From assembly GCA_951406725.2 (NCBI GenBank), contig OX597831.1, forward strand, positions 36,332,001 to 36,396,000: DNA of 64,000 nt, written 5' to 3'. Below, piece after piece: positions 11,551 to 21,958 of this stretch; the first letter of the stretch is position 1, and the number at the start of each line of letters is the position of its first letter. The translations under genes were made by a program, and so were the position numbers. Under the pieces are notes generated by a model. It was not told the DNA's origin. It made no database searches and saw only the letters and a list, made by a program, of their open reading frames with translations. The DNA comes from Octopus vulgaris (lineage: Eukaryota).

Positions 11551-11789
11551 GTGGATATTCCTATAGAGTTTTAAGCACATGCCAGCTAAGACATACTCAT
11601 GTTTGGAGACACACCACACAAATAAATATTCACAAACGCACAAACACACACACACAGGCGCGCGCACACACACACACACATACACACAGGCACACACACA
11701 CAGGTGGATATTCCTATAGAGTTTTAAGCACATGCCAGCTAAGACATACTCAATGTTTGGAGACACACCACACAAATAAATATTCACAC
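11551..11789. repeat. Local duplication of an ~85-bp unit separated by (CA)n
   Basis: gtggatattcctatagagttttaagcacatgccagctaagacatactc... at 11551 and 11705. Confidence 0.9.
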
Positions 11790-12475
11790 AAAACAAACAT
11801 AAACTGGAACGAACGAAAGAACGAATATATTTATAGAGTGTTCTAACTGAATAAAGTTAAGAGATGGTAAAACTAGTCGGCAGTGCCATGGAAGAGAAGA
11901 AATCCAATTTTGCTTGTGAGAAAATTGGACAGCACAAACTTGGAAAAACAAATTAATTTGTATAAAAGTGTATATAAGCTGCTGGGTGTGTGTAAGCATG
12001 CGTGTTTGCACAGCGTGTGAACACGTATGTGTGCGCTGCGTGCATAGGTCTATGTGTGAGTGTGTGTATCTGTCTGTATCTGTCGGTGGAATGTAACTCT
12101 ATATTCGGATTTTTACGCTCAAATATACTGACAGTCGATGTTCTCCCAAGAGCATACGAAAGCGTACACATGCGCACAAGCAAACGCGCGCACGTGTCGG
12201 CGCGTGAGTTACTCGAGATGGTCCCAAAGGCAAGCTGTACAATTTCTCTCATTTCCTTATCAGACATTTATCAATTTGTGATGTCATTGCTTTATTTATA
12301 CAAATATATATATATATATACATTATACGTATATATATATATATATATGTGTGCATTTATGTATGTATATATATATATAAATGTATATATATATATAAAT
12401 TGATAGATTGATAGATAGCTAGATAGATATACATTTACATAGATGCATATATATGCATTATATACATAGATGCAT

Positions 12476-13745
12476 CAGGGTGAGGAAGCAAAACTTGGAA
12501 TATTTTGGAAGCCTTATTTTTCATATATTCCTGAGCGTAAATACTAAAATGTTGTTTTCTATTTCAGAGTAGAGGTATATAGAGTTATTTAAGCAGACTT
12601 TCCTGTCATACGATCTAACATGTCCACTTAAGAAGCTAAGGGGCAACGCATTGCAGATTTGCTTCGTGCTGGGGTTGCAACTAGATGCATTGCCCAGACA
12701 GTTGGGGCCTCTGTGAGCACTGTCCACGACGTTAAGAACCAAATTCTGGATATAGGAGGCAGCATGAGAAAGCAAGGATGTGGAGAAAAAAATAACAAAA
12801 AAAAAACGGATAATGCATTTCTTAAATCTCAAAGCCAAACTTTCGAAAGACCCAACAATATCCATGAGAAAACTGTCTATGGACATGAAAGTTGATCTGA
12901 AGACCATCAGAAATGTTGTAAACAATAATTTACATTTGGGGGTCGTACGTAAGGACCCCGAGGCACCTATTGACTCATGCAATGAAAGCCAAATGGCATG
13001 AAATGGACAAGAAAGTTTTACGATACCTGAAGTACAATGGACAAACCATCAGAATTTTTTCAGATGAGAATATCGTTACCATCGATGCTGTTTTAAAACG
13101 TCGCAATGATCAATACATTGCTAAGTCACCTTCTGAAGTAAAGGGTGTCTTTAAGACCAAGCCTCCAGCTCAGTTTATGACGAAAAAAAAGATGCCTCTC
13201 CATTTTTCAAGATAGGGGAAAAGGTGGTGGAGGCTGACGTTTATTATAAAGTCCTGCGGTATAAGGTTTTGCCTTGGCTGAATTCTAACTGCTCCAACGG
13301 TAAGTATGTGTGGACCCGAGTTGGTTCTCCTGCTCATACGGCGAAGAAAGTGCAGGAATTCTGCGAAGACAACTTTGCCGATTTTGGTCTGCCAACTTCT
13401 AGCTTTCTTCCAGCCTAGACTTGAACTCCCTGGACAATGCCGTAAGGGGCAAATTGGAGCACTCTACCAACAGAACTTGGCATCCAAGTCTTGATCATTT
13501 TAAGCTAATCCTGAGGGGAGAGTGGGACAACGTGACTGAGCACTTCATCATGAAGAGTTATGACGCCTTCAGGCGGCGTGTGAAGGCTTTGGTGGACAAT
13601 GAAGGCAGACATTTTCAATAAATTATCTCTTTATACCCCTATAAACTTGAGTTAAAATTATATTTATATCAGGCTGCTGGTTGTTGTAATATAAAAAAAT
13701 TTGGTGAATTACCTATTATTTTCCAAGTTTTGTTTCCACACTCTG
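12476..13745 (+). mobile_element. Full-length decayed Tc1/mariner, DD37D (maT) type
   Basis: TIRs cagggtgaggaagcaaaacttggaa / ttccaagttttgtttccacactctg(TA). Frameshifted transposase ~12620-13621 with IFSDE, SPAHTAKKVQ and (P)DLNSLD. Reconstructed spacing is D-37-D. Confidence 0.85.
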
Positions 13746-13749
13746 TAAA

Positions 13750-16285
13750 TTAGGTGGGGTTAAAACAACTATTTTTAAAGACCTTTAATTCTACAGTATG
13801 CACATGTTCAAATAGTATTTTAGATGAAATATATGAAAATGTGACTCCACCCGTACCCCTCTCATACACCCCTCACAATTAAATAACTTAATTTTCTATA
13901 TTAATCATATAATCTCTAACACATATGTGTTAAATTGCTTATGGATATGAAACATTTGATCTTATTTCACTGTAAAATCGTTGTTTAAAACATCTGATGA
14001 GTAAAGATAACAAAAACATCAAGATATAAGACAATTAGTGGATAGGTAACTCTCCAACACGGTAAAATGACAACTTTTCAATATGTTAAAAAATGTTTTT
14101 TAATGTATACATTTGTTAAATGATTTTCTTTTGTCTTTCAGATTATTTCTGAGCTAAATTGTATTATAATTTTACAAAAATACTTCCATAAATTTAAACT
14201 GTAATAATTTACGTATATAAAATTATATAATGGCAACTAGAAGTAAAAGCCGTGATTCAGCATTTGGATTTCCTGTGGAATATCCTACAGCAATGACCCC
14301 ATCAAAAGGCTGGTGTATTCCGACATTATTTATACATAAGAAAACGTGAAGAACAGATATCAAAAAGAATTGTTGCTGCAGGTATGCAAACAATATGGGA
14401 CAAATTTTCTTTTCCTTATATTGGATTTGAGGAAATTGCTCTAAAAATTGAAAGGTTGATTGAATCTGCTTATAATTTAGACACAATACCTATCAAGCAA
14501 AGAGAAGAGGAGATAGTTTTGATAAGAAATTAGAAGAATTCAATGAAACGTTTGATGTATGCACCTGCTCGCATTATGACAAACAAATAAAAGAGATCTG
14601 GCTGTAGTTGCGACATAAGAACACCAGCAATGGAATGGGAATCAATTGTTGGACAGAAAAAAAGGCTTAATCAGTTAGGACCAGTAGATAGAGAAATAAC
14701 TTCAGGTAGAAAAAGAACTGCAGAAAGAGCGCAAAGATTTGAAAATAGGAAGGCAAAGACGCGCTTAGACATGGACTTTGCTTCAACTAGTTATCAGTGC
14801 ACAAGTGATATTAATGAGGATAGTTGTGATTCATGTGACAATGATGACAATGACATCGACTTTGTTCCTGAGAATGAACTTAAAGAAAACCAAGAAGACA
14901 GATTTACTTATCAGAATAAAGCCATCACAGCAGATAAATATCGGGTAAGTTGCAGAGCTGCTGCTGCCATTGTTAATGCAGCTTTGAGAGATATGGGAAC
15001 TTTAAATGATACAAATACGCTAGATAAGTAAAATGTTGAAAAAGAAAGAAAAGAGTTGTGAAAAAACGAGATAATAAAAATGAAAACAGAAAATACAAAG
15101 CTCGACTGCATCAGTTTTGATGGAAGAAACGATGAAACTAAAACAAGAGCACTATGTTATTGTGAAAGAGCCTGGTGATGAGTATTTAGATCACGTTTCC
15201 CCAGATAATGGAACAGCTCGTTGCATTACAGAAGAAATTATTACTTTTTTAATTGATTCTGACAGTGAAGAAAATTTAAAGGCTGTATTGTGATGGTATT
15301 CCAGTAAACACTTGTCATTTAGAAGGGGTAATTAAAATAATTGAATTATACTTCAATAAGCCACTTCAGTGGCTGATATGTCTTCTACATACAAATGAGC
15401 CTCCGTTTCGACACGTAATTAGCACCATAGATGGAAAGACAACAGGAGCATGAACATCAAAAGGCTTAATTGGCAATGAAATTAAAGATGCAACAAAGAC
15501 ATCAAATTTTCTTCTGTAAAAACTAAAGTGAAGGAATTGCCATTAGAAGTTGCTAATTCTTTAAGCTCAGATCAAAAATATTTGTATGAAATGTGCCTCA
15601 GTATTGATACAGGGTTTATTTCTGAGCAGTTAGTAGCAAGATCACCTGGTACAATCCATCATGCAAGGTGGCCAGCACATGCAAACAAAATTCTTCGCTT
15701 ATATGTTTCCAAAAAATACCCCCAAAAGAATATTATGGATCTTGTTACAATCATAACGCAGGCTTAAGCTCCAAAATGATTCTGGATTAAATCTTACTCA
15801 AAGTTACATGAAATAGCAAGTAATGTTTAGTATATGGCACATCTAATGCAAGATATGAACCAAGATCATAAAGAAATAATGGATTAATTGTTAAAAGCTA
15901 ATTCGTATTTTGCCCATCCGGACGGAGTATATTTTACTGCCAATGTTGAATGATGGAAGAAGACAAATTAGGAAAATAACAATTCAGCGAATTATTAAAC
16001 CAAGAACATTTCCCCGAATGCCGATGAAGAATTAAGAGATTTCAAACTGCTAAGCAAAATTAATTTTGCACCACAGGATTATGTTGATTTCAGTAACTGG
16101 GAAAATGAATTTAAATCATCCCTTCCAGTTTTACGGAACTTTACAAATCTTGATCTTCTTAAAGCTCGTTCAGAACCATTAACAGCAATACCTCTTCCTT
16201 GTCGAGTATGCCAAGAAGTCGAGTATGCTATCAATTTAGTAACAAAAGCTTCTTAAGTCAGAACAGGCTACGAAGATTGACACAA
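13750..16285 (+). mobile_element. Decayed hAT-like (hATm-like) DNA transposon, 3'-truncated
   Basis: Broken transposase ~14230-16280 with FDGRNDET, KEPGDEYLDHVSP, DGIPVNT, LQWLICLLHTNEPPFRH (CxxH) and HHARW. Left end ttaggtgggg. Superfamily assigned from recalled motifs only. Confidence 0.6.
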
Positions 16286-16826
16286 ATTCATATTAAATGT
16301 GTCATGGATCCACATTCCACTGAGTCTGGCTTGAAAATCGGCACAAAGGAGTCTCTGAATATCCTTAAGAACTCTCCGTTACCTTGGATGGAGCATAAGT
16401 TTGGGCTTGACAACATGATGCTTATCCATGATTCTGTACTATACCATGGGTCAAAAGCAACACAAGCCTTCCTTGGTGAGAAGGCACCATTTTGTTTTGA
16501 GGGTGAACATCGGGCCAAGTAATCGCTCAGACCTCAACCTTCTCGATTACTTTTTATGGGATGTAATTGAAGCAAGGACTAATGCTTCACCACATTCGAG
16601 TATCAAAACCTGCATCGTGCGTGCGACACGCAAAATCAAAAAGCTGGTGGTTGCGGCAGCTGCAAAAAATTTCGTTCTCGTGTGGAGCAGTAATTGCCCG
16701 AAAGGGCGGCCTTACTGAGTGATAGGTGACACATTAAAATTATATCTGTTTACTACCAATTATTTTAGTATTTATAACCAGTTCTAGGCATCGTAAAAAT
16801 TGTCTCACTTCATTTGCAAGACCCTG
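16285..16826 (+). mobile_element. 3' half of a second DD37D-like Tc1/mariner
   Basis: LPWMEHKFG...IHDS..YHGSKATQAFL...SDLNLLDYFLWDVIEA. Right TIR ...gcaagaccctg followed by TA. Confidence 0.75.
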
Positions 16827-16917
16827 TATATATACACATATATATCCATATACACACGTGTATATATTTATATACATACACACACACATATGTATATATG
16901 TATATATATATATATAC

Positions 16918-16961
<44 letters not shown>

Positions 16962-17128
16962 GTGTGTGTGTGTGTTTGTATGTGTGGAGAGAGAGAGAGA
17001 GAGAAAGAGAGCTTTTGATGTGATGTACCGATATTGTATATTGAGAATTATAAGGCAGTTAGAATGTTGGATGATTAGATATATTTTTATTTACAGTTTG
17101 GGCACTCAAAATGTAAATAGTATATATA

Positions 17129-17320
17129 TATTCTTTTATTTGTTTAAGTCATGTAACTGCGGCTGTGCTGGAGCACCACCTTTAGTCGGACAAATCGACC
17201 CCAGGACTTATTCTTTGTAAGCCTAATACTTATTCTATCGGTCTCTTTTGCCGAACCGCTAGGTTAAGCAGTTATTAAGCGATGGTGGGGGGGGGACAAA
17301 GACAGACACACAAACATATA
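17129..17320 (-). mobile_element. SINE family A 3' fragment
   Basis: gctggagcaccacctttagtcg...cttattctttgtaagcc...ttttgccgaaccgcta. Confidence 0.8.
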
Positions 17321-17406
17321 CAGATACATGCATATATATATATATATTCATACATGTATATATATATATATATATGTGTGTATAAATATATATATATATA
17401 TACATT

Positions 17407-17487
<81 letters not shown>

Positions 17488-17510
17488 GGATTAGCTCGTA
17501 TACGAGTAGG

Positions 17511-17891
17511 TATATATTTGTAAAAGATGAAGTTCGAAAATGCTGCTGTATTATACAATTTTTAATTTTTATATATACATTATAACATGTTTCAGTTCCT
17601 GAAATGAACCTTATCAAAAAAAGTTATATATAAAAAAAGACAGCTCATGCCGTCAAACACAAGAAATTCATTTATAATACACAACGGAGTCAGACATCTT
17701 AGAGTTCATGTATAGTTGATATATAGTTCATGTATAGTTGATATATAGTTTGAAGTATATGTTCAAAGTGTTCGATGCAGTGGCCCACGGTGGCGATACG
17801 TATTCAATACAAAAAACAGATCAAAGTGGTGGAAAGCGGTCAATACAGAAGATTGATGTTTCCGAAAGAGCGAGGAATTCATTTTTACCTT
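17511..17891 (-). repeat. PLE 3' pseudo-LTR segment (inverted repeat arm 1)
   Basis: Reverse complement of 21192-21572 with only two mismatches that I could see. Both arms share an internal 22-bp tandem duplication. Confidence 0.95.
17583..17617 (-). ncRNA. HHR variant (U3-A8) in the PLE pseudo-LTR, element sense
   Basis: TTGATAA-GGTTC-ATTTCAG-GAACT-GAAAC-AT-GTT. Compensatory U3:A8 pair, palindromic AACATGTT stem III, imperfect stem I. Confidence 0.55.
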
Positions 17892-17997
17892 AAGCAATTG
17901 TGATGACCCATGGTGGAAGTTCGCTGGGTGGTTCTAGTGAGTTTTTGTGAAGTGCTCGGTTTTATAATGCCTGTTAGGTGGTCAATCTAGCGTAGCG

Positions 17998-18330
17998 TGA
18001 CGTCATCAATGTTTTGACCAATCGTTTCGTTAGGTGGCTTTAATCAAGTAGAACGGGACGTCATCATTATTTTGACCAATCGCTGCATTATAACTCCCTC
18101 TTGTTTGTTTCCTGTTTTGACCAGTCGCTTCGTTAGTCAAGCAGAACGGGACGTCATCCAGATTCTGCCCAATCACGACTTATAGCTACATTAGATCTGC
18201 CCCCTGTCTGTACTTGTTAGGTGACTATTCAAGCAGAAAAGGACGTCATCAATATTCTGACTAATGACTGTCCCCTGTTTGTATCCTGTCCATTCTAGCA
18301 GAGCTAGACGTCATCAACTTGTTGACCAAT
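17998..18330. promoter_or_regulatory. Five GACGTCA-N12-CCAAT modules (CRE-like plus CCAAT box) in the PLE 3' region
   Basis: GACGTCA at 17999, 18057, 18150, 18242 and 18307, each followed after exactly 12 nt by CCAAT (CTAAT in the fourth). Confidence 0.55.
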
Positions 18331-18497
18331 CAGAATCGGGTCTGACCCTTAGCTGTATCGTATGTATCAGGGTCAGATTTGCACGAAAGAATTTTTTCCT
18401 TTTTTACTAAGGCATATTTCCGTCAGAGTGAGTGTCTGTTTGAAGTAGCGGCCGTGGTGAGATTTGGTTCTCCTTTTCGGAGGACTTATCTTTTGTT

Positions 18498-20795
18498 TTA
18501 GTATTCCTGGCCCAGGGTGTTTAAACTTGGTCTAAATTTTTTTATGAAATATAGTTCTTTATTTTGGCGTTGTGTGAAGGTTGCGTTGTCACTGAATTTA
18601 TAGAGCGGGTTAGTTGTAAATTTCGGATTTACATTTCCAGCACATCTATCTATGTGTCCGCTGACTGGTATTTTGCGGTAATCAGGGTTTCTAATTTGTG
18701 ATTTATGCACCGCCATCCTGTTACGTAAGCTATTTTTTGTATGGCCTATATACTGCCTATTGCAGCCTGCGCATGTTATGACGTAAATTAAGTTTTCTGA
18801 TGAGCAGGTGAAGTTTGTTCTAATGGTGAACTGGTGGCCTTGTTCAAGTATAAATTCTGATCCTTCTTTTAAGATGACACAGATTCCGCAGTTGGGCCTT
18901 CCACATTTTCTAACTGCTGGTTTTGTGGTTGATGTTGAGTGCAGTGTAGCTTGGGTTAAAATCCTTTTCAAGGATTTTGGTTGCCGTTTACTTTTAATGA
19001 TGGTGTGTGTTTCGAGGATCCGGTTCATCTTTGGGTCTCCCTTTAGTAGGGCTGTGCTTTGTAGTATGGTGTTGAAGGCCTTATTGTTGAGTGGGTTGTG
19101 TGTAGAGATGTAGGGAAGGGTTTTTAATTGTTCTTTCTTTTTTGGTTTTGTTTGTCTCAGGTCTTCTATACTTAATTTAAGTACCCGTTGGATTGCACTG
19201 TCTATTAGGGGCTGTGGATAGTTTCTATTTGTGAGTGTGGTTCTAAGTTCCTGGAGACGTGTGTGTCGGGTGTTTGTGTCTGATATTATGGTGCAAATCC
19301 TTCTAGCTAAACAAAAAGGGACATTCATTCTAGTGTGTCGTGGGTGGCATGAATCAAAGGGTAGGTACTGTTTAGAGTCTGTCGGTTTATAGTAGATATC
19401 TGTCTCTATTTTGTTGCCGGTTTTCTTAATGAGGATGTCTAAAAATGGTAATTCTTTTTCGTTGTGGTCCATCGTGAATTGTATATTGTCATTTATTCCA
19501 TTTAATAGAATTTTAAATTCCTCAAGTTTCTCTATGCCTTTGTCCCAGATGATGAAACAGTCATCGAGGTATCTTTTCCAGTTGTTATGGATATAGGTGG
19601 CGAAGGTGTTTCCATATTTCTCGAGTGTCATCCGGTATAGTATTTTCTCGAGGTATCCCATCACTAGGTTGGCAAAAGATGGTGCAGTACGCGTGCCCAT
19701 CGCTGTTCCCGATCTTTGCCTGTAGAAATCATTGTCAAAAATAAAATAATTGTTCTCTAAAATGAATCTAAGTCCTTCTATTATAAGGTCTTTGTTTATG
19801 CGAGTTGGGAGTTCAAAGGGGTAGTTATTCAGCCAGAAGGTGATCGCTTCTATTCCTAGGTTGTGAGGGATGTTAGAATAAAGATTAACTACGTCGAATG
19901 ATACTAGAAGGGTTTTCTCATTGACTGTTTTAGGGAGGTGGTTGAGCATATCTATATCGTCTCTTACGTAGCTTTTGATGTGTTTTAGGAAAGGTTTAAG
20001 AAGTGTGTCTAAGAAATTGCTGAGGCGGTGAGTTTCACATGCTGGCCCTGCTATTATCGGTCTTAGTTTAAGATCATTTGGTGAAGGGATTTTGATGAGT
20101 GTGTCGGTGGATGTTTTGCACGTTTCTCTAATGGTTTGGCTTTTGTGTACCTTAGGGACACCATAGAACAAACTTGATTTGCATTTGAAGTTAGTGATAT
20201 ATTCATACTCCTTGTTCGTGAGTCCTTCTTGGTATGTGTTGATTAATGTCCTAAGGTTATGCATTATTTTTTGCTGGTTATACTGTTGGGCCCTTTCATA
20301 ATACGTTTCATCTCTTAATAGGGATAGCACTAAATTTTGATAATTGTTTGTATTCATTATTACTATCGCGTTGCCCTTATCTGCCTCCTTAATTGTTATT
20401 GTTTTGTCTTCTCTTAGTTTGATGAGGTTGTTCCATTCTCTTTTGTTGAAGTTAGGGCTGTGTTTTTGTTTCTTGATGAATTGAAACGGGAAATTAGTTA
20501 TGTAGTCACAATAGCGGTCTAAGGCTTTATTCTTACCTTTGGTGGGGGTGTAATTGCTCTTGTTTCTAGCTATTGAGTCCTCCTCTATTTGTTTGTCTTG
20601 AAATGCCTCGGTGAGTCTTAGTTTTCTGCAAAATTCCGAAATATCATCTTTCATTTCATAATAATTAGAACGTTGTGGGGTGGGTGTAAATTTAAGTCCT
20701 TTGGAGAGTATGCTTATTTCGTTAGGTGTAAGTTCTTTGTTTGAGAGATTGATTATCTTAATTACCTGAGGTTTCTTCTGTTTGTCCTTTGCCAT
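18498..20795 (-). CDS. PLE polyprotein: reverse transcriptase + Cys-rich linker + GIY-YIG endonuclease (765 aa)
   Basis: IINLS..LSKGLKF, IKEADKG, FYGVPKVHK, LRPII, SFDVVNLY, GTAMG, RYLDD, LPFLD, YYKPT, CGRPNCGIC, LIYVITC..CNRQYIGHT, R...H, E..FIKKFRPSLN. Confidence 0.95.
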   Translation of the reverse strand: MAKDKQKKPQVIKIINLSNKELTPNEISILSKGLKFTPTPQRSNYYEMKDDISEFCRKLRLTEAFQDKQIEEDSIARNKSNYTPTKGKNKALDRYCDYITNFPFQFIKKQKHSPNFNKREWNNLIKLREDKTITIKEADKGNAIVIMNTNNYQNLVLSLLRDETYYERAQQYNQQKIMHNLRTLINTYQEGLTNKEYEYITNFKCKSSLFYGVPKVHKSQTIRETCKTSTDTLIKIPSPNDLKLRPIIAGPACETHRLSNFLDTLLKPFLKHIKSYVRDDIDMLNHLPKTVNEKTLLVSFDVVNLYSNIPHNLGIEAITFWLNNYPFELPTRINKDLIIEGLRFILENNYFIFDNDFYRQRSGTAMGTRTAPSFANLVMGYLEKILYRMTLEKYGNTFATYIHNNWKRYLDDCFIIWDKGIEKLEEFKILLNGINDNIQFTMDHNEKELPFLDILIKKTGNKIETDIYYKPTDSKQYLPFDSCHPRHTRMNVPFCLARRICTIISDTNTRHTRLQELRTTLTNRNYPQPLIDSAIQRVLKLSIEDLRQTKPKKKEQLKTLPYISTHNPLNNKAFNTILQSTALLKGDPKMNRILETHTIIKSKRQPKSLKRILTQATLHSTSTTKPAVRKCGRPNCGICVILKEGSEFILEQGHQFTIRTNFTCSSENLIYVITCAGCNRQYIGHTKNSLRNRMAVHKSQIRNPDYRKIPVSGHIDRCAGNVNPKFTTNPLYKFSDNATFTQRQNKELYFIKKFRPSLNTLGQEY

Positions 20796-21193
20796 CGTGT
20801 GTCCCTGTTCCTGTGTGTGGGGTCTAAAAAATGGTTGGTGTAGTTATGTTCAAAGCTATTATTTATCTGTCTCATGTTGTTATAATTGTCAGAGTGAGTT
20901 TGTGGTGCTCTGTTCTGGAGTCTGTTGTTGAACCTAGTGTTACGTCTTAGTTCCTCAGGTATATTGTGTTGGTAGTTGTTTCCTCCGTAGTGCATTTGTT
21001 GTTTGTTATGGTTGTATGGTTGGTTCCTGGGGTGGATGTTTGGTAGTAGCGTTTTGGTTTGGTTATGTGGGTTGTATTTTATAGTATTGTATGTTGTGGC
21101 TCTTAGGTTCGTGGAATGGTGTGGTGGGACCCTATAAGTGTTTTGGGGTTGGTGTAGGTAGTGTGGGGTGCGTTTTAAATGCACCCCACACAA
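20762..21193 (-). CDS. 5'-truncated upstream ORF of the PLE (N/H/Q/P-rich), overlapping the RT ORF start in another frame
   Basis: Stop-free for 143 codons from the inversion junction; basic C-terminus; 34-nt overlap with the RT ORF. Confidence 0.45.
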   Translation of the reverse strand: MCGVHLKRTPHYLHQPQNTYRVPPHHSTNLRATTYNTIKYNPHNQTKTLLPNIHPRNQPYNHNKQQMHYGGNNYQHNIPEELRRNTRFNNRLQNRAPQTHSDNYNNMRQINNSFEHNYTNHFLDPTHRNRDTRWQRTNRRNLR

Positions 21194-21566
21194 GGTAAAA
21201 ATGAATTCCTCGCTCTTTCGGAAACATCAATCTTCTGTATTGACCGCTTTCCACCACTTTGATCTGTTTTTTGTATTGAATACGTATCGCCACCGTGGGC
21301 CACTGCATCGAACACTTTGAACATATACTTCAAACTATATATCAACTATACATGAACTATATATCAACTATACATGAACTCTAAGATGTCTGACTCTGTT
21401 GTGTATTATAAATGAATTTCTTGTGTTTGACGGCATGAGCTGTCTTTTTTTATATATAACTTTTTTTGATAAGGTTCATTTCAGGAACTGAAACATGTTA
21501 TAATGTATATATAAAAATTAAAAATTGTATAATACAGCAGCATTTTCGAACTTCATTTTTTACAAA

Positions 21567-21572
<6 letters not shown>
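21192..21572 (+). repeat. Inverted 5' copy of the PLE pseudo-LTR (arm 2), including the HHR variant at 21466-21500
   Basis: Reverse complement of 17511-17891. Confidence 0.95.
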
Positions 21573-21598
<26 letters not shown>

Positions 21599-21624
21599 CA
21601 TATACATATATATGTATATAGTGA

Positions 21625-21958
21625 CTTTAGTGACCCCCTTCGGTCAGACACTGACCATGGGTTTGTACCTAGAGAGTTACCCTCTGAGGCACAAGTCTGG
21701 GCAAGGTTGTTTTATGGAAGACCAGCAGTCGCCCATGCATACCGGCCTCCCCTCTCCACGTCACCGATGTTGTCCAAGGGAAAGGCAAGGGCCGATACAG
21801 CTTGGCACCTGTGACGTCGCAACTCATTTCTACAGCTGAGTGAACTGCAGCAACGTGAAATAAAGTGTCTTGCTCAAGAACACAACACGCAGCCCAGTCC
21901 GGGATTCAAGCTCACAACCTCACGATCGTAAGCTCGACGCTCTAACCACTGAGCCACA
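21625..21958 (-). mobile_element. SINE family C
   Basis: Close match to 6165-6497. Confidence 0.85.

Larger units (their letters stand above)
17484..21572 (-). mobile_element. Penelope-like retroelement (Neptune-like), 5'-truncated, with inverted pseudo-LTR, inserted in (TA)n
   Basis: Intact RT-GIY-YIG ORF, 381-bp inverted repeats at 17511-17891 and 21192-21572, 3' tail 17484-17510, (TA)n on both flanks. Confidence 0.92.

Noticed and set aside
17990-18335. Repeat-spacer-like pattern as a CRISPR array
   Set aside because: Units are degenerate and irregularly spaced, lie inside a eukaryotic retroelement, and there are no cas genes.
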